Source: Auanema rhodensis (lineage: Eukaryota > Animalia > Nematoda). From it: a stretch of DNA of 64,000 bases. The notes beneath the pieces are model-generated. The model did no database searches and was not told where the DNA came from. It saw only the letters and a program-made list of their open reading frames with translations. Within the stretch, counting starts at the first letter, position 1. Every line of letters begins with the position of its first letter. The DNA is taken from NCBI GenBank assembly GCA_964057225.1, contig OZ059899.1, positions 7,874,001 to 7,938,000 on the forward strand, given 5' to 3'. The translations under genes and the position numbers were made by a program. Shown here piece by piece: positions 25,001-36,760 of the stretch.

Positions 25001-28000
25001 TGTATAACTTAGTGTAATGTAAGTTGAAGCTTAAGGTCAAAAAAATTTGAATGAAGGAGTTGATGGCGGAGGATGTAAGAGGTCATGTGAATAAAAGCGT
25101 GTTTCATTCAGAGAGATGAAAGTCGCAATGAGAGATGTGAAAAAGGAAGTCAAAAGAGAAGAGAGCGAATAAGAAAAGTGGAAAAGGGTAATAGAGAAAG
25201 GAGTAAAGCGAACGAATACGCAGAAAGCTGGACAACGAAGCAAAGAGCATATCGACAAGTATAGCTTATAAAGAATTTGATTCAAAATTTTGAAGTTCAA
25301 ATTTATAGAAATTAAGAGTAGCGATGGGAACTTTATATGATTCACGATTTCATAATGCTTATAAGGCATGAATGTGGTGTGGAAAAAGTGGACTGAAGAA
25401 TTTTGGTAGTCAATGTGACTCTATGAAATACAATCCACGATGACGAAGTGGCTGGCATTGACCATGTGCTTTCACTCTGGTGCAGTGTCTTCATAGACAT
25501 TGGACTCAGAAAGAGCAACGTAATATCGGAAGCGGAAAACCGAGAAGAGAATAAGTGAGAGACTGAGAGCAATAGAAATATATAGAAACGAAAAAGAAAA
25601 TAGAGAAGTAATATACTGAGAGAAAAGATGCAAAAAAAGGGAGGAAACTAAGAAAAAAGGTATATGAATTTGGAATAAAATTGGGTGAACTAACAGAGTA
25701 CAACAATCGAGCGAAAAAAAAATTAAAAATTGACTCGAACTCTGGATATATGGCCAGTCTTCTCTCTTATCAATAACCAAACGTGTTAGCAATGATAGCT
25801 GATAAATGGTATAAATATGCAATACCAAAACTAACTGATAGCCAGTTCAATCAGTTTGCCAATCAAAAGAGAATCGTTAAAATAAGGAAATTATTGAGAC
25901 TAATTCTGTTGTTGAATGCAGAGATATAGATTGCAATATATGTAATTGGAACAGTCAACTCGAGGTAGTCAATCGTCCTATGAAATACCGGTCGAAAAAG
26001 ATTTGGAATAAACATAGGATGAGAAGAAGGAGGAGGAGGAAGAGGATGAGGAGGAGGAGGAGGCGGTGGCGTAGGAGTAGTAGCAGATGGAGAGAAGTAG
26101 GCATATACGGAAGCATTACAAAGACGATGAAAGTAGTATCGCTTCAATACAGTCTATCTAGAAATGAGATTTAGAGAGAACAAGAACATAGGGGAGATTG
26201 TGAGAAAGAGAGAAAGAAAGAGAGAGAGAGGAAAGAGGGATAAAGAGAGAAAAGTTTAGAGAGTATGTAAAAGAAAAAAAGTAAAAGGAGATTCAGAAGA
26301 AAATGGCAATGGAAAAGATCCCGTCTCGGGATCTGAAGACCGGTTTGACGTGAAAAACAACAATAACAACAACAGATCAAATGTGGTCCGATTTGGTGGT
26401 GGTAGCAGGAGGACTGGACTACATGCATATGTTTTAGTTGATGAGTTGTCGCTAACATAAAAGACATTTTGATGTATGTTTGTATGTTTACAAGTTGATA
26501 TAGAAATATAAGAATAAAATACAACAAATGTTATAAAAGGATATAATGATATTAACAATTGTTAGTTTATTAAAAAAAATGTTGAAATGAATGAATATTA
26601 AATGATTTTCTATAATTATAATTATAATTTTATTTATATTCTGAAATATTAAAATAATTTTCTGAAAAAGTAAAAAAAGATTTTGCCATTTGAAATATAT
26701 TTTGTTCTCTACAGTTAAAATCAGATTCATAAAATCACTATTTCTTGTTTTCAAAAATAATATTTTTCAAAAAAACAAAAAGAAACTATTAGTCAGCAGT
26801 ATGTTTATGATATAAAAAATAAAAAAATAATTAATTAAATTCAGCTGGAAGCTGTTCAAAAATCAGAGAATGAAGTCAAAGATGAGAAGCTAAAAGAAAG
26901 AACATAAACTAGTGGTCAGTGTATGTAAAGGATTGACACGATAAACAACAAAACATCAAGGTGATTTGTCCAGTAAACTTCTCTCTATGTCTCTCTCTCT
27001 CTCTCCCTCTCTCTCATTCAAAAGAAAAAAAAACTTTCGTTCACTTTTCTTGAATATTAACAATATTTGTTTTCGTTTATTTTGTTTAACTTATATAAAC
27101 AATAATTTACTATAGATACGATAATTTGTCTCATTGAAACTAGGATAATGACCACAAAATTACTGAAAAAATATACGAGAATAGTAATAAATGTATAGAA
27201 AAAATAAAACAAAAAGAAGCATTGATACAAAAAAATAAGGAGAAAGATTGAGCTAAAGAAAAAGTAAAATCGTTTTTAAACTAAAATTGAAATTGTTAGT
27301 TTGATATAAGGAAGAACTAGGAGAAAAGAACAGAATACAAGGAAGAAAAGAAAGAAATAGAAGAATATGAAGAAGAAATTGGATTAACTTTTGATTCTCA
27401 AATTGCAGTTTGACGTAAGAGCCATGTAAATTCATTGGGTTCTCATTAAGATACAATGTCAAAATCTTAACGTTATCTGTATACTTTCATGTATGTATGT
27501 TTGTTCAATCGAAAATAGAGGAATGAAGCTGATGATGAAGATTAATGCAAAACGAAAGCGAATGTCGGTGTTGTTAGAGCTTAAAGAAGCAGAGAGAGAG
27601 CAAAATTCATGAGATCATTGAAGTTACAAGTCTATCAGAGACGCAGCGAAAGTCTCTGTGTGACTGCCCCAACATGATGGCATGGAGAGACGTAGCAGGA
27701 AAGCAGCAGTGGCCATGATCAAATGTAAGAGGAAGAATAAGTAGATGAAGATGAAGATGGGAGTATGAACGAAACTCGATTAGAGCCTGAATACGTTGGA
27801 AAGAACATGAGAAAATTCTGATTTGTTAGAATCAGAAATAGCGGATCAGAAACTAACTGTGGATAAGTGCCACTATTATTGAACTAATTTTGTAAAATTA
27901 ATAATAAGAATATAATAAAACAAAATGAAACAAGTTAGTATTTAATAATATATTGTTATGATTTCAATAAGTTACTGACTTCTCTGAAGAGTTTTTAAAG

Positions 28001-31000
28001 AAAACTTCAAATATTATTTAATATATATCAATATATATGTATGTAGATGTAGATAGATAGAAAGATAAATCATTGAGCTCATCTGAAGCTTATAAATTTA
28101 AGAAAGAGCACAGATTATTTGAGGATTTTTGATTATGTAAACTAGAAATTCTTTGATATACGAAGTTTCATCACTGAACGAGTGAGATCAATCTTAACAT
28201 CTGGCCGTACTAAAAGTAAACTTTACCAGTATCTTCGGTTGACTTTTTGAAAATTCGGCAACTTGAAACGAAGCCAAGTTTTAACATTTTTGTTTAATCT
28301 ATAAACGATAAAAAGAAATTATTCAAAATAAGTAATAAATGGTTCATGATCTTCATTCATGTATTATTGAGAAAAAAAGACTTCTAAAACTAAATCACGT
28401 ATGTTTGAGAATAAGATGTATTTCTATATATCTCCAACATTATCTCTGATTTTAAGAACAACTACGTAAAACAGTAGGTGAAACTTCGAAACTAGAAGAT
28501 GTTTACCTCATATATGATAGAAATTAGAAGATAACTTTAGAATTTACGTGCATACTTCACACGTATATCTAGTTATTTTGAATAATAAGAAAAACGTGAA
28601 ACGGTTGAATGCCTATTTTGAACATTAGAAAAGGACAAACTGTATTCTTATTATTATAAACATTTATATATACATATAGTATTTTTTAATAAATGTTGAA
28701 TAATGAAGAGAAATAGAACAGAAAAAACGATTACATGAGGTAACGTTGGTTAATTTTAAAAAAATATGTGTAGCTTGCTAGTTTTTTCTTTCTAAAATAA
28801 ACAAACATCAAAATATGATAATAAATAGGTTCAAATATGATATCAAGAGGAAACATTACTATAATTCTTACTGGTGGGCTCTCATTATTATTATAACAAT
28901 AGTTATACATGATAACGACTATTGAGAAAAAAAAGAAAACAGAAAAAAAAAGAACATTATTTGTCACAGTCAGTAGTTGTCATTGACGAAAATAATAAAC
29001 AACCTTTTTGCCTCTAGATATAGACATCAACCACACATATACAGAAAAGAAATGGAAAACAGTAGTAGATAATGTATATAATAACATAAGAGATCCACAA
29101 ATTTGTTAACTATATATATATATATATATATTGTTTTTTAAATATATATTAATAGAGAGGGAATACCAGATATAAAAGAAATATTGAAATATATATATTA
29201 TATAATATATAATATATAATGTAAATATTAACTAAAATAACAATCTGGAAAAAGTGAGGTGTAAAAATCTTTGAATACAAAAATAAAAGATTTTCTGTGC
29301 AGAAGAATACGATTGAAAATGAAGAAGATAAATTCAATACTACAGTTTAACCTTGAAGAAATTGGCAAACGAATACTCAACACTCAAATAAAACGTAATA
29401 TTCGATGATTTATAAAGAGGAATATGATGAAAAAAAAAAAGAAGTTTCTCTTGAAAAAGAATATTGTCAGTCCAAATGATTAATTATTCATTATGATAAT
29501 TATTTATTCATTATTTAATTGATTGAGTCATTGATTAAAGTATTATATCATTAATTCCAAAATTGAACAAAAAAAAGAAATCATGAGATTTGAATAGACA
29601 GTAAGCGATCGTGCGTTTGATGACCTGCTTGAGTCAAATGGAATTGCTTGCTGGAAATTTCAACAAAACTTCGAAACTGTCCAAACGGACAGGCTTTGGC
29701 GCTAGATCGTCAGATCGTTTTTTGTCGACCGAAAATAGCAACAAAGACTTTGCAAACAACACGCGCACACACGTGCTTCTTAGTCATTAGACTAGCGATT
29801 CAGGTCCAGGTCAATCAGACTAGTCAGTAGCTTCTGAAGAATAAAGAAGAAAAGACAACGCAGATGAATCGAAGTCCTGACCCTACGATATACTGTTGTA
29901 GTGGCTTACAACTGGATTAGAAAGAACCACTGATTCGTGCATGTATGTATGTGTGTGTCAACTACTTTACGATTGCTTGTAACACACAGCAGCTTTCTAT
30001 GAAACATGACTCGAAATTTTTGTTGTATAAAGTGAGCATGGTATATGGTATAATGAAGAAAATTGAAAATTCAAAGATATTATGCAAACTTTCTCGCATA
30101 TTCAATAGCATAACAGAGAAAAACTAAGAAAATAGTACCAAAAAAAAACTGATCAAGTAGAATACAATATGAACAATGTTAGTGAGGAAAGGAGAAACGA
30201 AAACATATCGCCGTGTTGAAATTTTTGATTCAGTTAGTTGTGACACTATACATATAGTATTCAACTAAGAAAACTGTATACAAATATATGTAAAAACAGT
30301 TCATTCATATAGTATATAACTATATTTATATATATTTATTAATAGATGTGTGATAAATAGAATCCAATGATCTGTAAGAAATTCAATCTTTATCTGTTAG
30401 ATATAGAACAACATTGAAAAAAAAACGTCAATTGAGAAGCTTAAATTGAAGATGGTATGTGATAATCTCGATGACGCTATACGGAATCAAAAATTGAACA
30501 AAAGAATCAAGGTATAAATAAGATTCTTGATTCTTAGACTGTTTGGGTCAAGTTGTTTAGATGTCAAACTTTATCCTCTCTCTATACAGCCAGTCTCTCT
30601 CTATAATTCTCAACACAACATGTTGTTCAGGGAATACTATTTTACTTGACCACTTAATAACTCTCTCCCTCTTTCTTTCCTTCTCTCTCTCTCTCTTCCT
30701 TTTCACCTAAAAAAATATCAAATGGCCGAGCTATGAGGGGATGGTTTCAGAACGAGAGAAGTCGTCAACAAAAACAAGCGATTATACAAGTGATTGGTGG
30801 ACAATAGATGTGGTAGGTATTGAATTAAATTAATCCTTCTTTTTCTAATAAATAATACTAAATGTATAGCTATAAAACAATTAAACTCATTTCAATATAA
30901 TAGTAAAATATAGTTACAAAGGATGATGTTTTATATTAGTTTAAATGCCTTGTTAGGCAAATATTTTGAGAATTTTAGAAATAATTAATTATATTTCTGC

Positions 31001-34000
31001 ATTAAATAAGCTATTAAAATTAAAATTTTGTTGAGTTATTAAGATTTCCAACACAAAAATGTAACAGAGAAATATATTAAAACCATATTAGCATGTCAAA
31101 TCAGATTAAAAAAATTCTATAAGAGATACTTTGATTAAACAAGAAATTCTTTTTTTCCTCTTTCTTATTATGGAATAAACCTGCTTATATCGTGACAGAA
31201 ACGATTAAATGGTCATATTGTTATACAATTAATATCTGACCACATTATTTAAAACAAAACAAAAAGGTTAAATGTAAAATATAATTCCAATATAACTATT
31301 ATTTCTGAAACTTTACTAACAGCTTCCTAGTTCAGAAAAAAAGAAAAGTCGATTTTTGATTTGAACATGAAATACAAAAATAATATGACCCATTGATATT
31401 TTAACAATATGTTTAAAAAAACAGAATAATCATCAGTTAAAGAAGAAAATATTATGAAAGTAACGTTATTTCATGTTGAGATAAAAAAAAGCAAAATTTT
31501 GAGCTGAATTCAATATAATATCAAAAAACAAGAAATTTTGCATACAATTTGATAATTATGCATCTTTTCTTAAGATTCTTCATAATCATAGTTTTTTTTT
31601 TGTTTTTTTTGCTTAATAATTGCAAAAATAGAATAAAAAACATTACACGAATTCATTTGCAGAAATTATAATAAACATAACCTTATTGAATGTATATATG
31701 TGTGTATATACATTATAATATATACTTTAATCTGATTTAAAATTTATCATTTAACTATAAATAATTCTTTTCCCACCTTTTCGAATATAATAATAATTTG
31801 AATATGATCTTATATTGATCCCCAATTTAAATATTATTTTAATAATGTTCATAATAGATGCTTTTAAAATGACAAGAATTCTTAGAGAGCAATCGTTCGT
31901 ATACAAAAATACGTGAGAAGTTATAAGCGTATGCGAATACCGTAACTACAGTAATAATTAAAAACTTTTTTTTTGTAATTTTTAAAAAATATTTTTATAG
32001 AAAACTTAGCTTTCTTTCACGTAATACTCAATTTTCATAACCTTTAAAAGCTGTTCAATTGATTTATCATAATCAGTGGCTCAGCATTACCAAGTACCCA
32101 TGGCAACCTCAATCCCTTATTTTCAGCATGCATTATCTCATTGCCAGCTGCAGTTCTCAGTCTTTCTCAGCAGTAATATATCTACATGGATATCTTGTTC
32201 TTTCTCTCTTTTTACCTCTACCTCTCTTTCATGTTATCTTTCCCAGCTTTCTAATACCCACTATGCCTTTATTTTCAAGCTGCAGCTGATAGAAAGCGGT
32301 TGTTCCTGCTTCCTCCCGGATTTTCTACTTACCCTTCATTATCATCAAATTTCCGTTTCAAAATAGAAAAATATTAGACGTTCAAAATGAGGTTTCATCA
32401 TATTTATTAAGTTTTTGACTTCCGAATTCATATATTCTGAATAAAATGGCTATGTCATTAATGATTCGTCTCTCTGAATGATTCAAATTGATATCAACTT
32501 GTAGATCATTGTTTTTCTTTATTTAGAATATTTTTAAAATCTTATTTGTAGGTCCAAATATGGAGGCTTTAAAATCGCAAACAGAACAACTCCGTCAAGA
32601 AGCTCAACTGGGGCGCAAAAAAGTTTCTGAAGTTTCGAAAGAGTAAGTTTTACAGATTTAAAAAATAGAAATAGGAAAAGCTGAATGAACTGAGATATTT
32701 TGGAATGCCTAATTCAATATGTATGCTTTGCAATACTTAACTAAGTTGAAGTTTTGTTTTAATATTTTGGGTTGATTTAAATACAATCGTAATCATCGAA
32801 ATTGAGCTAAGCAGGTTGTCATGGTAATAGCTACAAAATTTCTTACAAACGCTCTTTGTGCTCTTTCTACATATTGCAATGCATTATTTAATTCGTAAAA
32901 TTAATATTATAAATATTTTAGCTCATTATAAATTTATAAGAAAGTGAAAAAGAAAGAGGAAGAATTATTTGATTCAAAAATACAATTTATTTTAATTAGT
33001 TCTCCAATTGAAAATTAAATATTTTATAAAGAACATGAAAACTTTTTAGTTTGATGGAATACTGTGAAAAGAATAAAGCTACAGATATGTTAGTCAGTGG
33101 ACCAATCGACAATCACAACCCCTTCCAAGAAAAGAAAAGCTGTGCAGTTCTATAGGTGATGAAAGGATGTATAATCATAATCTCTCTTTTCCCTTCATTT
33201 TTCAAAAGAATGTATAAAATTTTCTGATTTTGATGTAATTTTTATGTTAAATATGATGTTCAATAAAGAATGAAAATTGACGTACTCTGAGAACTCTGTT
33301 TCATTCGATGCTGCGCTCGTAGAACAAGCTGGTGTTGCCGGAGTAGTATTGGATTCACCGATTGGTCGATTTGTTCCGAGAAGTTGCTAAAATAGTGTTA
33401 TAGTATTCAATATTCAATCTGAATATTATATATTAAAAAAAAACTAACCTTTAGTAGAGCATCCTTAATGGGTTCCTTTATTGGTTTAGCTTTCTTCGCC
33501 CTCGGCTTCCGCGGTTTTTTCGGTTTTGCAGCTGCCTTCTGATTACCAGACCGCTAAATAAAAATGTTATAAGAACAGCTTGAATATTTCATTAAATTAA
33601 AATGCATATAAAACTAATTTAAAACTATAGTTTTTATTTTTTCCGCAAATATTATCAGACAAGAACTGGCAAATAAGGAAGTATCGCAAAACTTTCTTGA
33701 ATGATTTATCAAAATAGTTTTTGAACTTGCCTGTGTTGTTTCTGGAAAATTGGGCTGACTAACTGGGGTTTCAGGTAAACTTGAAGGGGTATTAATGGAA
33801 GAATTGATAGAAGATATCCTAAAAAAGTCAAATTTTATAAGAAAATAAAGATAAAATACCTAGTAACAGTACATAAAAGAGATAGAGAACTTTCTACATT
33901 ATCATTTAAATTATTATTATTTCCTTTAACTAATCGGATCAAGCAATATGTTTCAACGTCACCAAACAATAATGGCAATTGACATCGACTCTCATATCCT

Positions 34001-35858
34001 GAAAACATACAAATTAGGTTTCATAGATTAAGGTTGTATATTTCTACATACCTGACTGAAAAAGGTTTTCTAACATGGCTAAGTGGTCTGGTGGACAAAT
34101 TTCACTTATTCGTCGGCCAATCAAATCTGATGTAGGCAGCCAAGTATCACATCTAAAACAGTCACTACTGTTTTATATAGTTTTAAAACAAAAGTCTTAC
34201 TTATTATTTACATTAATGATATTAGCTGATGGATCAAGCTGGATTAAAACCTGGCCATGATTTCCCAGATGCGATCGTGCAACACACAGTGTTGCTGATC
34301 GTTCTAAAATATTATTTTTTTAAATAATTAACTAACTTTCTCTATTTTATTAAATTGAATTATAAAAAAATTATTCTAAATGAAGTTTTTCAAAATTACG
34401 AAAATATAAAGCTACCTGATTCAATATCACTAATCAGTTGACGAGTTGAAATTTTAGCAAAAGTTACCTAAAATAATTTCCCTTGTAAAGAAAACAATTC
34501 AAATTATTTCAAAATAACAAATAAACATACATCAAAGGGAATTTCTTCACTATTAACTGTTTGAAAATGCATTCGACAACTCATACTTGTCGATGGACCC
34601 GAATTAAGAATTGGAAGGACAATATGGTGGTCTCTTAAGGAGACCAATGTATATGCAGATAAAGAAGTGAGATCTCTCTGAAAAACAAAAGCATGAGATA
34701 AATTATCTTTTATACTTATTTTATATTTAAAAATTATTGAAATTTTAATAGAAAAGTTAACATAGATATCATTCTATTTAAATACAAATCAATCATAACA
34801 CACCTCATCGCTCTTCTATTTAACTTCCTCCCCCCGTCATCATCCTACTTCCTATCTATCTCTATTATTCATTTGTTGAATAGAACTTGAACCTTAGCTT
34901 TCTTTCAACTAACTGATATAGAATTTCTTCAGCAATGAAACAGAAAAAACAAAACCAATCATGATTGGAAACCGGAGACAAATAGAATAAGAATTAGAAA
35001 TCACCGGGAACAATCATGGTACATCACGTTTTAATATCGAATGAGAAAAAACGGTTTAATCTTTCATCTTAAATCATAATTCGGCCAAAAAGCAGCTAGA
35101 TTCCGGATAAATTTAAGGAATAGCGAGATTGGAACAGCAGTAGGACAAGGTCATCTTCACCCTATCTCTTGTTTCCTTCTTGATTGTTAACGTCTTTGTC
35201 GCCTCTACTAAACATAGCTGATGTTCTGTATGGCTTACTGGCGAGAACGACTTCGGTAATGTTTGGTATGTGTCCAATTATGGTCACAAAAGGACAAACA
35301 CACTTGGTTCAAACGATGTAGAATGATTGTGAAATTACTATTTGGACAAAGAAAATTCCAAGCTATCACAATTATTTCTGTATAAACAAATGAAAATTTC
35401 TGAATTCTATTCTTTTTCGCTTGAAAAATACAAGGCTATAAAATAAGTTGGATAAAAAGTAAAGAGGAATACACACCGGTTTAAATCCGAGTAAGTCAGA
35501 CACAGTTGGACTTATATAGTCTATGTTTCCGGAAGCTGAAAGCAGAAACCAAAAATAAAGCCTAGAATCAGAAGGTAGAGCTCCGGCCAGATTAGTTATA
35601 TCTGAATTTTTGTATCCCGGAGAAGACGATGATATCCAGTCTTCTTGTATAGGATTTAACCCTAAAACATTATGATATACACAACGGTTTTGTTTAAAAA
35701 ATTGAAAGACCTCGAGTTAAAGCATTACGAACTATTGATAGAACAGATGTTAACTGGATTTGTGTCATACGAGGTGAGGATCCACTCTCGAAGACGGATC
35801 GCACAACATCTTCTGCTGTTGGTATCATCAGATGTGCTGTCTCACCTCCGCCCTCCAT
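13661..35858 (-). CDS. p160/SRC (NCOA)/Taiman-like PAS-domain nuclear receptor coactivator, 17 exons, ~722 aa as assembled
   Basis: Exons 35858-35711, 35661-35477, 34677-34531, 34467-34416, 34303-34201, 34152-34052, 33998-33860, 33818-33731, 33553-33449, 33386-33286, 21895-21722, 18642-18405, 16583-16434, 16245-16169, 14397-14282, 14184-14000 and 13720-13661 all join in phase (2169 nt). PAS-A FWFLLSASGNIDYISPTVSDLLGF..SAYTLVSLRDH, MSCRM, TLCVAR; KDALLKQLL; SELVRMELRNSLQAK; terminal LVMKLLS*. Confidence 0.8.
19758..19791. promoter_or_regulatory. Intronic bZIP-site cluster: TTACGTAA plus inverted pair GCACGTCATT-N5-AATGACGTGC
   Basis: Perfect 10-bp inverted repeat 19767-19791 next to the palindrome TTACGTAA at 19758-19765. 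Confidence 0.4.
20618..20653. repeat. (AT)n microsatellite
   Basis: Direct reading. Confidence 0.9.
20929..20963. repeat. (CAA)n trinucleotide repeat, intronic
   Basis: Direct reading. Confidence 0.9.
22011..22061. repeat. (GA)n microsatellite, ~25 units
   Basis: Direct reading. Confidence 0.95.
23400..23760 (+). mobile_element. Degenerate non-LTR retrotransposon RT fragment inside the large coactivator intron
   Basis: Frame reads LLRLETFEDVDGYADDIRICSTEL*SLWQKEQRRR*RRIEEVERIG, matching the YADD + helix + (K/R)IGL layout of LINE RT domains 5-6, with in-frame stops. Boundaries approximate. Confidence 0.4.
32094..32107 (+). promoter_or_regulatory. X-box (RFX/DAF-19 site) GTACCCATGGCAAC upstream of the G-gamma gene
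   Basis: Exact fit to GTHNYY-AT-RRNAAC; a second near-match GTTGTCATGGTAAT lies at 32815-32828 in the gene's intron. Confidence 0.7.
32560..33155 (+). CDS. gpc-1: Heterotrimeric G-protein gamma subunit (GPC-1-like), 2 coding exons, nested antisense in the coactivator intron
   Basis: Exons 32560-32642 and 33050-33155: MEALKSQTEQLRQEAQLGRKKVSEVSKDLMEYCEKNKATDMLVSGPIDNHNPFQEKKSCAVL*; GGL domain, NPF motif and CaaL prenylation box; AATAAA at 33262-33267. Confidence 0.93.
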
Positions 35859-36726
35859 ATTGAGGCTTCTGAAGAGAGTAAGAATATGAATATAGAAGTT
35901 GAAGATCGATTTAATACAAAAAGAAAACGCATAATGTTTCATCATAAACGAGGATAGTACAATAATCAGTATGGAAATAATGATGAAACAGCATGACAAA
36001 TCATCTGTTCATCATGCTTTAGCAATGATGATGGTTGAAATTAGCCATTCTAGATGAATCATATAACATATACATCCAAATATATACCCTTTTTTAAATT
36101 TTTTATACTATATTGTATCATATAAATGGATTGTTTTATTATGCGTATATTTTTGAAAAATTGCTGGAGGGTTTTTCGATAACAATACTGACAAGCTGAT
36201 GATGAATAATTGATTCCGGCATATCGTGTACGTTCTTGTATTGAATGTCCAGGAGATGGCTAAAAAGGCAAGATAACAGGTAAACAGCTTATTAGAGAAA
36301 AAAAGGGAGCGAGAGGCGAAAGGGGGAGCGGCGATTTCTGATCTCAATCATCGATCGCCACCTTTTTTAGTTATCGTCATGTCAGATTGAAGGAATGTAG
36401 ACGTAGCAGAAACAAAAGTAGTAGCAGCTGGTACTTCACGGCACCAACTGATGATGTGAGTGATCCAGCGTAAATCAGCTGATTAGGTAGTATGTTGAAG
36501 ATGAACATCATTTTATACTACCTAAAGTCATATTGTTGGCTTTGTTCATGATTTCTCTTAGAGCTTTTTTCGAGTGTGTAACCGAGATCCCCTGCTAGTG
36601 ATGAGAAACAGCAAGACAAGAAAAAGAGAGATGGTGGTAAGAGGAAAGGAGATGAAAGACGAGTTGGACAAGGAAAAGTTAATGAGCGATCTGGTCAGAT
36701 CAACAACGGTTTCACGAAGATAAATG

Positions 36727-36760
36727 ACACACACACATACACACACACACACACATACAC
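36727..36760. repeat. (CA)n microsatellite
   Basis: Direct reading, two interruptions. Confidence 0.85.

Noticed and set aside
18700-32000. Numerous 60-120 aa F/L/S-rich ORFs in the track
   Set aside because: They are by-products of CT/GA-rich low-complexity intron sequence, mostly with non-ATG starts.
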